DNA from: Algihabitans albus
GTDB taxonomy: Bacteria > Pseudomonadota > Alphaproteobacteria > Kiloniellales > DSM-21159
Direction: 5' to 3' (one strand)
Assembly (NCBI RefSeq): GCF_042140275.1
Contig: NZ_CP159482.1
DNA length: 24,000 nt
Part shown: positions 14,547 to 23,667 of the stretch, piece by piece
Layout of the letters: every line of letters starts with the position of its first letter
Numbering within the stretch: position 1 is the first letter of the stretch
Notes under the pieces: generated by a model
Databases searched by the model: none
What the model was told of the DNA's origin: nothing
Seen by the model: the letters and a program-made list of their open reading frames with translations, nothing else
Made by a program: the position numbers and the translations under genes

Positions 14547-15300
14547 AGCTTGCAACCTGCTTATTCTCGGCGGGACCTCCGAAGCCAGTGCTCTGGCCCA
14601 AGCGGTGGCGGCGCACGGGCTGCCTGCGACCCTGTCCTACGCGGGCCGTGTCGCGCGGCCAAAAGCGCAACCGATACCCCAGCGCGTCGGCGGTTTCGGT
14701 GGCGTCGCGGGCCTGGCGGGGTATCTGCGCGACGAGCGCGTAACGCATCTGATCGACGCAACCCACCCCTTCGCGGCGCAGATCAGTCGCAACGCCGTCG
14801 AGGCTTGCAGGCAGGCCGAGGTGCCGCTGGTTGCCTTGACGCGCCCGCCTTGGCGCCCGCAGGAGGGAGATCGTTGGCTGGAGGTGCCGGATATCCCGGC
14901 TGCGGTGGCGTCGCTGGCGGGACCGCCGCGGCGTGTCATGCTGGCGCTGGGGCGTTTGCAGCTTGCTGCCTTCGCGGGGCAGCCTCAACACCGCTACCTG
15001 CTTCGGGTCGTGGACATACCGGAGACGCCGCCACCGCTGCCGGACCACAGCCTGGTGGTTTCGCGCGGCCCCTTCACCCCGGCAGAGGACGAGGCGCTGA
15101 TGCGGCAGCATCGAATTGAGACTCTGGTTTGCAAAAACGCCGGAGGCAGCGGCGCCCACGCCAAGCTCGAGGCTGCCCGTGTGCTCGGCTTGCCCGTGGT
15201 GATGATTGCCCGCCCCACCATGCCTGCGCGCCGGGAGGTCACATCGCTGGAGGCTCTGTTCGACTGGCTGTCTCATTCGGATGCCGACCTCGGCGTATAG
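14521..15300 (+). CDS. cobK: Precorrin-6A reductase
   Basis: Motifs LLILGGTSEA, HLIDATHPFA and VCKNAGG. The track ORF from 14023 is antisense cobL for most of its 5' part. The nearest in-frame ATGs before LLILGG are 14518 and 14521, so the start is uncertain. Confidence 0.82.
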   Translation: MVSQGTSAIACNLLILGGTSEASALAQAVAAHGLPATLSYAGRVARPKAQPIPQRVGGFGGVAGLAGYLRDERVTHLIDATHPFAAQISRNAVEACRQAEVPLVALTRPPWRPQEGDRWLEVPDIPAAVASLAGPPRRVMLALGRLQLAAFAGQPQHRYLLRVVDIPETPPPLPDHSLVVSRGPFTPAEDEALMRQHRIETLVCKNAGGSGAHAKLEAARVLGLPVVMIARPTMPARREVTSLEALFDWLSHSDADLGV

Positions 15301-16025
15301 ACCAAAGGACGGCCGTCGCGCTCTATCAGGCGCGTTAGGCTGGAGCCAACGATCACAAGAGTACGCATGTCGGCCATTTCCGGCTTTGCCTCGCCCAGCG
15401 ACACGATGAGCAGCGCCTCGTCTTCCGTCGAGACGGCGCGGGCGAAGATCACCGGGCGGCTTTCGGTACAGAGGTCTTTCAGCAAGGTCAGAACGCGGGT
15501 GAAACCGTCCGGCCGGGCCTGTGAGCGCGGGTTGTAGAAGGCCATGGCGAAGTCTGCCTCGACGGCGAGGCGCAACCGCCGTTCGATCAGCGACCAAGGC
15601 TTGAGGTTGTCCGAGAGATTGAGGACACAGAAGTCGTGACCCAAGGGCGCGCCGGTGCGCGCCGCCGCGGCCAGCATCGCGGTGACACCCGGCAAGACCC
15701 GGATATCCAGCGACCGCCAATCCGGCGGACCTGCTTCCAGTGCCTCGAAGACCGCGGAGGCCATCGCGAAGACGCCCGGGTCGCCCGAGGAGACGATCAC
15801 CACCCGCTGCCCGGCCGCAGCCAGGGTCAAGGCGTGGCGGGCCCGCTCCATCTCGACCCGATTGTCCGAGGCATGCAGGGTCAGGCCGTCGCGGGGTGAG
15901 ATGCGCGCAACGTAGGAGGCGTAGCCCACCACATCGGTGGCCTCGGACAGCGCCCGCTGCACCTCCGGCGTGATCAAGTCGTCGGCGCCGGGACCGAGCC
16001 CGGCGATGCAGAGCCGGCCGCTCAT
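15273..16025 (-). CDS. cobJ: Precorrin-3B C17-methyltransferase
   Basis: The track ORF is fused and extended to 16766. ATG 16025 (MSGRLCIAGLGPGADDLITPE) forms an ATGA overlap with the cobI stop. Motifs SSGDPGVFAMAS and LPGVTAM. Confidence 0.9.
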   Translation of the reverse strand: MSGRLCIAGLGPGADDLITPEVQRALSEATDVVGYASYVARISPRDGLTLHASDNRVEMERARHALTLAAAGQRVVIVSSGDPGVFAMASAVFEALEAGPPDWRSLDIRVLPGVTAMLAAAARTGAPLGHDFCVLNLSDNLKPWSLIERRLRLAVEADFAMAFYNPRSQARPDGFTRVLTLLKDLCTESRPVIFARAVSTEDEALLIVSLGEAKPEMADMRTLVIVGSSLTRLIERDGRPLVYTPRSASE

Positions 16026-16750
16026 GGCCGCCGTCCTTGCCCGTGAACGAGGACAATCGAGAAGTAGGAGGGAACGTAGCCTTCGACGTCGGTCAGCTTG
16101 ACCGCCTTCTCGTCCGCCATGGTGGCGTACTCGACCAGCCAGGCGGTCTCCAAACGGCCGGTCGCGTGGAGGGCACGCCGCACCCGCTCTATGTTGCGGC
16201 CGACCTTCATGACGACCAGCGCATCGCTCTCGGCCATGTGGCGGGTCAAGTCCGCCTCGGGCAGCGTCCCCATCAGGACGGTGAGCACGTCGTCTCCCCA
16301 GGTCATCGGCTGTCCGGTGGCCGTCCAAGCTCCGGACATGCCGGTGATCGCGGGAACGACCTGCAGAGGCACCAGACCCTCGAGACGGGTGTAGAGGTGC
16401 ATGAAGGAGCCGTAGAAGAAGGGATCGCCTTCGCAGAGCACGACGACGTCCTCTCCCGCCTCCGCCACCTGTCGCAGCCTTGCGGTCCAGTCGGCGTAGA
16501 AACCCGAGAGGATCTGGTTGTAGCGCGGATCCGTGACGGGGATCTCCGTCGTCACCGGATACTCCATCGGCAGTTCCACGACACCCTGCGGCAGCAGGCC
16601 TTCGACGATGCCGCGAGCCTGACCCGGACGCCCCGCCTTGCGAAAGAAGGCCACGTTGCGGGCCTGGCGCAGCAGACGGTCGGCCCTGACGCTCATGAGT
16701 TCGGGGTCGCCGGGTCCAAGCCCAACGCCATAGATTGTCCCCGGAGTCAT
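16022..16750 (-). CDS. cobI: Precorrin-2 C20-methyltransferase
   Basis: 242 aa. Motifs IYGVGLGPGDPELMS, CEGDPFFYGSF and VPAITG. ATGA overlap with the cobH stop. Confidence 0.9.
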   Translation of the reverse strand: MTPGTIYGVGLGPGDPELMSVRADRLLRQARNVAFFRKAGRPGQARGIVEGLLPQGVVELPMEYPVTTEIPVTDPRYNQILSGFYADWTARLRQVAEAGEDVVVLCEGDPFFYGSFMHLYTRLEGLVPLQVVPAITGMSGAWTATGQPMTWGDDVLTVLMGTLPEADLTRHMAESDALVVMKVGRNIERVRRALHATGRLETAWLVEYATMADEKAVKLTDVEGYVPSYFSIVLVHGQGRRP

Positions 16751-17376
16751 TCGGCGCGACTCGCAACGGCGTTGATCGCGGCCACCGTCACGGCGCTGCC
16801 GCCCAGGCGTCCCTCAACGATGCAGCAGGGCGTGGGCCGATCAGCCCAGAGCGCCGCCTTGGACTCCGCCGCGCCGACGAAGCCCACCGGGCAGCCGATG
16901 ATGGCTGCGGGTCGGGGACAAGCGGGATCTTCCAACAGGTTGAGCAGATGAAACAACGCCGTCGGCGCGTTCCCGATGGCGACCAGGGCGCCCTGCAAAG
17001 AGGATTTCCAGAGCTCCAACGCCGCCGCCGAGCGCGTGGTGCCGAGAGTCGCGGCGATGCCCGGGACACGCTCATCCTGCAGCGTGCAGATGACCGGATT
17101 GGCCGCCGGCAGGCGGGCGCGGGTGACACCTTCGCTGACCATGCGCGTATCGCAAAGGATCGCCGCGCCTTGTTCGAGAGCCGTGCGCGCGGCTGACACG
17201 AAGCCTGGCGACAGACGGATCGATGCTGCCAGCTCGACGAGGCCAAGCGCGTGGATCATCCGGACGGCAATCTGCTCCTCCTCGGCAGTGAAGCGCGAGA
17301 GATCCGCTTCCGCCCGGATCGTTGCGAAGGACTGGGCGTAGATCGCCGCGCCGTCGGTTTCGTATTGGTGCGGCAT
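16747..17376 (-). CDS. cobH: Precorrin-8X methylmutase
   Basis: The track ORF is over-extended to 17532. ATG 17376 (MPHQYETDGAAIYAQSF) overlaps the cobG TAA by 1 nt. VAIGNAPTALFHLL motif. 210 aa. Confidence 0.9.
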   Translation of the reverse strand: MPHQYETDGAAIYAQSFATIRAEADLSRFTAEEEQIAVRMIHALGLVELAASIRLSPGFVSAARTALEQGAAILCDTRMVSEGVTRARLPAANPVICTLQDERVPGIAATLGTTRSAAALELWKSSLQGALVAIGNAPTALFHLLNLLEDPACPRPAAIIGCPVGFVGAAESKAALWADRPTPCCIVEGRLGGSAVTVAAINAVASRAE

Positions 17377-18524
17377 TACAGGCACTCGGTTCCGCCCACC
17401 AGCGCTGCCGGCAGCAGACCGCTTCGCTCCGGCGCATCCCAAGCGCAGCCCTCGCGGACCAGGTCGAAGCATCCCTCGCTTCCAACGAGCGTGGTCTCCG
17501 CGGAATGGGGGCGGGCGCAGCCCTTGGCGCATCCGGAGACGTGCAGCCTGCCCTTGACGCGGCCGGCCAGCGCGCGCGCCACCGCCCGGGTGTCGACGGT
17601 GGCGCTGGCGCAGGCAGGCGCACCGGGACAGGCGTCGACCGCCAAGAGCGGATCATCGGGTGCGGTGACGAAGGGCGCGACGTCGACGGCCCGCGCTCCC
17701 TCAAGCAGGAAGAGGCGCCAGGGCGTGACGCGCAGGGCGTGGGCGCCGCTGCGGTCCATCAATGCCATCAAGCGCGCTGCGGGAATTCGTCCGAACTGCA
17801 CGCCGTAGACGGCAGCGGCGTCAAAGGCATCGCAGACAAGCGGGCCGGGGATCAGCGCGTCGGCACTCTGCGCCGGGTGTTCCTGCTGCATCTCCAGCGG
17901 CAAACGCCTGTGGTGGAGGTGGCGGGCCATGCGAACCTTCACCAAGCCGCCTGTCCGGACAAACCACTCGGCCAGCGCGATCGCGGCAGAGATTGCGCTC
18001 TCAGCCGTGACCGCTTGACCACGCTCGGCGCCCTCGGCGCGCAGAATCAGGCCGCCGTTCGTTCCGCGCTCGATCCGAATGTCTGCGGAGGCATTCACGA
18101 GGCTGCGCTGCCGGCCGGCGTCGACCGCGAAGCCGAACTTGGCGGGCAACTCCGGCAGCTCGCTCAGCCGCTGTGTCAGCTCCTCGGCCAGGCAAGCCGT
18201 CTCGTCGCCGTCACGCCACAAGGGTGCGCACAGGACATTGCGGCGCACCTCGACGGCGGGGTCGGCATCCAGCAGCCCAAGCTGATGCAAATCCTGCAAG
18301 AGCGGTTCATGCCTGGCAGGGGTGATGCCGCGAAGCTGCAGGTTGGAGCGGCTGGTCAGATCGATCAGCCCGCTGCCATGGCGCAAGGCAGCCTCGCAGA
18401 GTCTCAGCACCTGCTCTTCAGTCAGACGGCCGAGATGCGGTCGTACCCGCACCAGCAGGCCGTCGCCCGACGGCATCGGGCGATGGGCGCCGGGGCACCA
18501 GCCTTTTGCGGTCGGCCGCGTCAC
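17376..18524 (-). CDS. cobG: Precorrin-3B synthase (O2-dependent; marker of the aerobic route)
   Basis: N-terminus KGWCPGAHRPMPSGDGLLVRVR. Sulfite/nitrite-reductase-like Cys cluster CPGAPAC...SGCAKGC. GTG start in a GTGA overlap with the cobN stop. Confidence 0.87.
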   Translation of the reverse strand: MTRPTAKGWCPGAHRPMPSGDGLLVRVRPHLGRLTEEQVLRLCEAALRHGSGLIDLTSRSNLQLRGITPARHEPLLQDLHQLGLLDADPAVEVRRNVLCAPLWRDGDETACLAEELTQRLSELPELPAKFGFAVDAGRQRSLVNASADIRIERGTNGGLILRAEGAERGQAVTAESAISAAIALAEWFVRTGGLVKVRMARHLHHRRLPLEMQQEHPAQSADALIPGPLVCDAFDAAAVYGVQFGRIPAARLMALMDRSGAHALRVTPWRLFLLEGARAVDVAPFVTAPDDPLLAVDACPGAPACASATVDTRAVARALAGRVKGRLHVSGCAKGCARPHSAETTLVGSEGCFDLVREGCAWDAPERSGLLPAALVGGTECL

Positions 18525-21500
18525 GGCCCTGCCTCGAGGGCGGCCAGGATCGAATTGCGTCGGGTCTGCCAGAGACCCGCCGCGCGCAGGGTGGCGAACC
18601 TTTCCTGCATGGCCGCCAGCGCTCCCGGATTCTCTCGCGCCATGAAGGCGCGCAGGGAGTCATCGCCGAGCGTGGCCTCGTAGTAGAGATCGAAGAGGTG
18701 CGGATCGACGGCTCGCGCAAGGTGGGCGAAGGCCGCCAGGTGATCCAGCGTCGCAGCGATCTCGGCCGCACCGCGAAATCCGTGTCTGCGCATCCCCGCA
18801 ATCCAGCCAGGATTGGCGGCGCGCGCCCGAACCACCCGGCCGATCTCCTCGCGCAGGCTGCGGGCGCGCGGCGCCGCCGGGTCTCTGTTGTCCAGATGAT
18901 ACAGCGCGGCTTGCCCGCCGGCGACCGCCTGTGCGGCCGCGAAACCCGCCTGATGACCGGCATAGTCCGCCGCGAGCAAGAGATCGGTTTCCGGCAGATC
19001 CTGGAGGTGAACGAAGCCGTCGGCCTGGGACACGCGGGCCGCGATCCCTTCCGGATCGCGCGTGGCGCGCTCGCCGTCCAACGCCCAGGCGCTGGCGGCC
19101 AGCCAGGCCGCGCCCGCCGCCCGCCGCCCGGCCTGCGAGTAGTCCTCCACGGCATCGCCAAGGCCGAGGCCGTAGCTCCCCGGGGCCGGGCCATAGACGC
19201 GCGCGCCCGGCTCTCGACCGGCATAGGGGTTCCAGTCCGGTGCCTCGTCTCGTGCAGCCAGCGTTCTCACCGCCTGGGCGAAGAGCGTGGAGAGTGTGGG
19301 AAAGACGTCGCGGAACAGGCCGGAGACCCGCAGGGTGACATCGATGCGGGGGCGATCGAGCAGCGCCAGCGGCAGAATCTCGCTGCCCGAGACCCGTTCC
19401 GAACCCTCGTCCCAAACGGGCTTCACCCCCAGAAGGTGCAGCGCCATGGCGAACTCCTCGCCCGCGGTGCGCATTGTGGCCGAACCCCAGAGGTCGACGA
19501 TCACATCGCGCGGCCAGTCGCCTTCGTCTTGAAGATGCCGCCGCACCAGTTCCTCGGCCAGCTTGACTCCCTGGGCGTAGGCGGCGCGTGTCGGCACCGA
19601 CCGCGGGTCGGTGGTGAAGAGATTTCGCCCCGTCGGCAGCACGTCCCCGCGGCCGCGATAGGGTGAGCCGGATGGACCGGCGGCAATGCGCCGTCCGTCC
19701 AGCGCTTGCGCCAATGCGTCTTTCTCCGCTCGAACGGACGCGGAGGCATCGAAGGGGCTGCCTTCCACAGTTGGCGCGCGGCCGTAAACGTGCAGGCCGT
19801 CGCCGAACTGGCTTTCCTTGATGTCGCAGACGAAGCGGTCGATCCGGGTGATTGCCTCCGCCGGGCAGGCGGCCGCATCGAGCCCGAGGTCGGCCTCGAC
19901 ACCCTGGGCCTGCGCCTCGGCGCGAATATCGTCTTGCAGACGGTCGCGGCGCTTGGGGTCCAGCCCGTCCGCATTGGAGAACTCGTCCAGCAGGGCTTCC
20001 AGGCGTGCCAGACGGTCCGGCGTCCCGCCGCGGCGCAGGGGTGGAGGCACGTGCCCCAGCGTGACGGCGGCGACGCGGCGCTTTGCCTGAGCCGCTTCTC
20101 CGGGGTCGTTGACGATGAAAGGATAGATCACCGGAAGGTCGCCGATCAGCGCCTCGGGCCAGCAGCCGTCCGACAGAGCCACCGCCTTGCCCGGCAGCCA
20201 CTCCAGGGTGCCGTGGGCGCCGATATGCACCAGCGCGTCGCAGCCGAGCGCGTGACGCAGCATCAAATAGAAGGCGACGTAGGCATGCCGTGGCACGCGG
20301 CTGAGATCGTGATAGTCGTCAACGCGTCGCGCCGCGGTGCCGCGTTCCGGCTGCAGCGCCACCAGTGCCCGACCGCGCCGTACGGCCGTAAAGCAGAAGG
20401 CGCCGTCTGCGAAGTCCGGATCCGATTCCGGAGCGCCCCAAACCGCCTGGAGATCCCGGCGCAGGGCCACCGGAAGGGTGGCCAGGGCCCGACGGTAGTC
20501 TTCCAGTGGCCAGCTCACGGTTGCCTGCGCCAGATCGCTTGCCAGCCCGCTGTCTGGCTGCACGGCGAACCCTCGGGCGGCCAGATCGTGCAGCATGGCC
20601 TCGGCCGATGCCAGCGCATCCAGGCCGACGGCATGGGCGGCCTGCCAGGTCTTGCCGGGATAGGTCGACAGGACAAAGGCCACGTGCTTTTCCGCCGCCG
20701 CTTTTTGCTGCAGGCGCACCCAGGCGGCAACCCTGTCGGCAATGGCGGCGATGCGCCCTGTCTGCGCCTGGTGTGCAAGACGCGAGAACTCCAGGGCGGC
20801 GTCGCGCGTGCCGGGCTCCTTGAAGGAGGCGACGCCGGCGAAGAGCCGCCCGTCGACCTCCGGCAGGACGACGTGCATCGCCAGATCGGCCGGCGAGAGG
20901 CCGCGCTCGGCCTCGGCCCAGGCCTTCTCTGTCGAGGTGGCGAGCGCCACTTGAAACACCGGTACGTCTGCCGCATCCAGCGGCGATCCGCCGTCATCGC
21001 CCCTGCCGGAGAAGGAGGTCGCGTTGACGATGGCGGCCGGCTGGGCCTGGACGATCTGGCGGGCGAGCCAAGATGCCGCCTCTGGGGACTTCAACGAGGG
21101 CACGAAAAGGCCCATCACCTCGAAACCGCGGTCGCGCAGGGCCGCGAAGAGCGCCTCGACCGGGTTCAGGTCGGCGGCCGTCAGGTAGGCGCGATAGAAG
21201 GTGACCAGCACCCGGGGTCTGGCGCTGCCCGGTGTAAAGACCGCGAGCGGGCAGCAGGCGCCCTGCTCGGGCGTCCAGGCTCCGACCTGCGGCAGTGCCT
21301 TGCTCCCCGTCACCGGTCCGGCGTAGAGGCCCGCGGCGAGAGCCAGCTGCGCCAGGGCCGCCTGTGCGGCGACCGCGCCGCCGGTCTGACAGAGATGGGC
21401 GAGCCGCTGCAGGGTCGAGGCGGGTAGGGTGGAGGCTGACTCCAACTGCGAGTCGGGACGCCCGTCGGCAGGCAGCACCGCCAAGGCGATGTTCCTCGCG

Positions 21501-21826
21501 CGCGCCAGCTGCGACACCTGCTGCAGTCCGTAGGGCCAATAGGAGGCGCCTCCGATGAGGCGAATCAGGATACCCTGTGCGGTGGTCAGCGTTCGCTCGA
21601 TGTAGGTGTCGACCGAGAGCGGATGCTTCAAAGCCGCCAGGTTGGCGAGTTTGAGCGAGGGCAGGCCGTCTCCTGTCCCGTCTTTCGCACGATGCCACCC
21701 CGCTGCGAAGGCGCCCAGGTCGCTGTCGGAAAAGGAGAGCACGACGAGATCGGCCGGGCTCTGGCCCAGGTCGACGGGCGTCTCGGTTTCGTCCAGACCG
21801 TGGCTTTCGCGAAAGATGACGTGCAT
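18521..21826 (-). CDS. cobN: Cobaltochelatase large subunit
   Basis: About 1100-aa CobN/Mg-chelatase-H family ORF. The track start 21835 is TTG. ATG 21826 gives MHVIFRESHGLDETETPVDLGQSPADLVVLSF, a typical CobN N-terminus. Confidence 0.92.
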   Translation of the reverse strand: MHVIFRESHGLDETETPVDLGQSPADLVVLSFSDSDLGAFAAGWHRAKDGTGDGLPSLKLANLAALKHPLSVDTYIERTLTTAQGILIRLIGGASYWPYGLQQVSQLARARNIALAVLPADGRPDSQLESASTLPASTLQRLAHLCQTGGAVAAQAALAQLALAAGLYAGPVTGSKALPQVGAWTPEQGACCPLAVFTPGSARPRVLVTFYRAYLTAADLNPVEALFAALRDRGFEVMGLFVPSLKSPEAASWLARQIVQAQPAAIVNATSFSGRGDDGGSPLDAADVPVFQVALATSTEKAWAEAERGLSPADLAMHVVLPEVDGRLFAGVASFKEPGTRDAALEFSRLAHQAQTGRIAAIADRVAAWVRLQQKAAAEKHVAFVLSTYPGKTWQAAHAVGLDALASAEAMLHDLAARGFAVQPDSGLASDLAQATVSWPLEDYRRALATLPVALRRDLQAVWGAPESDPDFADGAFCFTAVRRGRALVALQPERGTAARRVDDYHDLSRVPRHAYVAFYLMLRHALGCDALVHIGAHGTLEWLPGKAVALSDGCWPEALIGDLPVIYPFIVNDPGEAAQAKRRVAAVTLGHVPPPLRRGGTPDRLARLEALLDEFSNADGLDPKRRDRLQDDIRAEAQAQGVEADLGLDAAACPAEAITRIDRFVCDIKESQFGDGLHVYGRAPTVEGSPFDASASVRAEKDALAQALDGRRIAAGPSGSPYRGRGDVLPTGRNLFTTDPRSVPTRAAYAQGVKLAEELVRRHLQDEGDWPRDVIVDLWGSATMRTAGEEFAMALHLLGVKPVWDEGSERVSGSEILPLALLDRPRIDVTLRVSGLFRDVFPTLSTLFAQAVRTLAARDEAPDWNPYAGREPGARVYGPAPGSYGLGLGDAVEDYSQAGRRAAGAAWLAASAWALDGERATRDPEGIAARVSQADGFVHLQDLPETDLLLAADYAGHQAGFAAAQAVAGGQAALYHLDNRDPAAPRARSLREEIGRVVRARAANPGWIAGMRRHGFRGAAEIAATLDHLAAFAHLARAVDPHLFDLYYEATLGDDSLRAFMARENPGALAAMQERFATLRAAGLWQTRRNSILAALEAGP

Positions 21827-21849
21827 CGGCCGCAATCACATCGTGAGGG

Positions 21850-22893
21850 CTAGGCCATCAGGGCTTGTCGAATGGCGCCTGCGTCGAGATCGTCGTGCTC
21901 GGCGATGACGACCAGGCGGCCCTGGCGCGGCTCTTCGGCCGTCCAGGGCCGGTCGTACTGCGCGCGCACCCGCGCGCCGACCGCCTGCACCAGCAGACGC
22001 ATGGGCTTGCCGGTCACGGCGGCATAGCCCTTCACGCGCAGGACTTTGCGCTCGATCGCCAAGGCCTCGATCCTGGCCGCGAGCGTCTGCGGGTCGGCCT
22101 GCTCGGGCAGCTCGACGACCAGGCTGTCGAAGTCTTCGTGATCGTGATCGTCGTCGTGAGGCCCGTCGTGATGGGACGGACGGGCGGCGAGATCGCTTTC
22201 TGCCGCCGCGCCAAGCCCGAGAATGACCCGGGGATCGACCTTGCCCTCGGCAACCTCGATCACTGGAAGCGGGCGCGGCGCTTCGGCGGCAATGACGTCG
22301 CGCGCCTGCGCAAGCCCTTCGCTTCCGGCGAGATCGGGCTTGGTCAGAAGGACGATGTCGGCGCAGGCGATCTGATCTTCGAAGACCTCGGACAGAGGCG
22401 TTTCGTGATCCAGGTTGTCGTCGGCGGCGCGCTGCGCGTCCACCGCTGCCACGTCCGGCGCAAAACGGCCTGCGGCCACCGCCTCGGCGTCGGCCAGCGC
22501 GATCACGCCGTCGACGGTGATGCGCGAGCGGATGTCGGGCCAGTCGAAGGCCTTCAGCAGCGGTTTGGGCAGGGCCAGACCGGAGGTTTCGATCAGGATG
22601 TGGTCGGGTTGCGGATCCAAGGCCATCAAGGCCTCGATGGTCGGGATGAAGTCGTCGGCCACGGTGCAGCAGATACAGCCGTTGGTCAGTTCGACGACGT
22701 TTTCCGCCGGGCACTCCGGGATGGCACAGGACTTCAGGATCTCGCCGTCGACGCCGACGTCGCCGAACTCGTTGACCACGACCGCCAGTCGCTTGCCGCC
22801 GGGATTCTGCAGCAGGTTTCGGATCAAGGTCGTCTTGCCGGCGCCCAGGAAGCCGGTGACGACCGTCACGGGAAGCTTTGCGAGATCAGTCAT
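21850..22893 (-). CDS. cobW: CobW (COG0523 G3E-family metallochaperone GTPase)
   Basis: The track ORF is over-extended to 23169. ATG 22893 has a GGAGG SD 7 nt upstream. P-loop GFLGAGKTTL, GCICC metal motif, and the His/Asp-rich stretch HHDGPHDDDHDHED. Confidence 0.9.
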   Translation of the reverse strand: MTDLAKLPVTVVTGFLGAGKTTLIRNLLQNPGGKRLAVVVNEFGDVGVDGEILKSCAIPECPAENVVELTNGCICCTVADDFIPTIEALMALDPQPDHILIETSGLALPKPLLKAFDWPDIRSRITVDGVIALADAEAVAAGRFAPDVAAVDAQRAADDNLDHETPLSEVFEDQIACADIVLLTKPDLAGSEGLAQARDVIAAEAPRPLPVIEVAEGKVDPRVILGLGAAAESDLAARPSHHDGPHDDDHDHEDFDSLVVELPEQADPQTLAARIEALAIERKVLRVKGYAAVTGKPMRLLVQAVGARVRAQYDRPWTAEEPRQGRLVVIAEHDDLDAGAIRQALMA

Positions 22894-23260
22894 CTGAAAC
22901 CTCCAGTGGCGGGATTCGGGCGATGCAGTTCTTGCGGAAGTGCAGAGGGCGTTCGCGCCAGGGCACGATGCCGTCCGGGGCATCGCGGTAGCGCAGGGTG
23001 CCATCGACGATGATGTCGATGTCGGCGGCTTCGTGGAAGTTTCCGTAGACGTAGGTCCAGCGCCCACTGCCGCGCAGTGCGATGGAGCAGCCAGCCGAGC
23101 AGTTCGACAGGCATTCGACCGCACGCACCGCGACCTCAGGCGGCAAGGAGCGCTCCGACAGGGCGGCATGCAGAAGAGCGCCGGCGACCGGCGTTGTACC
23201 GTCAGGCGTTTGACCGCGCCGACAGGTGCTGCAGACGAGAAGCTCGACCTCTGCAGTCAT
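22886..23260 (-). CDS. Small Cys-rich protein, DUF1636-like (predicted metal-binding); first gene after the B12 riboswitch
   Basis: Sequence MTAEVELLVCSTCR...VECLSNCSAGCSIALRG...WTYVYG. Start is either ATG 23260 or the upstream GTG 23287. Its stop overlaps the cobW start by 8 nt. The family assignment is from memory of cob-locus neighbours, not from a search. Confidence 0.65.
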   Translation of the reverse strand: MTAEVELLVCSTCRRGQTPDGTTPVAGALLHAALSERSLPPEVAVRAVECLSNCSAGCSIALRGSGRWTYVYGNFHEAADIDIIVDGTLRYRDAPDGIVPWRERPLHFRKNCIARIPPLEVSDD

Positions 23261-23414
23261 CGGTGCCCCGGACTGCAGAGGCTGCACGCCGAACGTTCGT
23301 CGACGGCCGATTGTCTCTCGATCAACATGCGCCCCTTCCGAAAAGGGGACAAGGGCGGATGGCGGGCGTAGCAGGCGCCGGACCCGTCACCGGAGCACCC
23401 CGTCCGGTTCACGT

Positions 23415-23620
23415 CGTTTCGCGCTGGCAGGTCTCCCGGCTTGCGGATCTCGGGGCGGTCTGCCCCGGCGGTCACCCGGCCTTCCCAGCCTTCTGCGGCC
23501 AGTGGCAAAGGGTGACCTCTCCGGTCACGGTCGCGGGGGCGGCTGCGCTTCAGGGCCCCCCGGAGGTCGCCCCTGTCGCATTCCCTTTTCACCTGTCGTT
23601 GACAGGCACCAACGCCACCT
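23415..23620 (-). promoter_or_regulatory. Cobalamin (B12) riboswitch aptamer
   Basis: The minus-strand RNA contains GGTGCC (23610..23605) and GAAAAGGGAA (23590..23581). It also has GCCACTG (23506..23500) and the B12 box AGCCGGGAGACCTGCC (23441..23426). A P1-like pairing of GCGTTGG with CCAGCGC is possible. It lies upstream of the DUF1636-cobW-cobN... unit. Confidence 0.88.
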
Positions 23621-23667
23621 GCAATGCGTGATCGGACACCCAGTTGTCAAGCTCGCGGGAGGTTGCC

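Noticed and set aside
14539-16056. 505-aa minus-strand ORF spanning cobK and cobJ. The same applies to similar long ORFs at 18660..20201 (-), 19706..21427 (+), 17322..18683 (+), 21836..22714 (-), 21865..23013 (+), 12089..13114 (+), 9235..10206 (+) and 10124..10918 (+).
   Set aside because: All lie antisense to, or out of frame with, strongly supported cob genes. Their products are Arg/Pro/Gly/Ala-rich low-complexity sequences with no recognisable motifs. This is the usual artefact of stop-codon-poor, high-GC DNA.
23330-23346. Hairpin CCCCTT/AAGGGG downstream of the B12 aptamer, considered as an intrinsic terminator.
   Set aside because: No U-tract follows it on the minus-strand RNA. I treat it only as a possible part of a translational expression platform.
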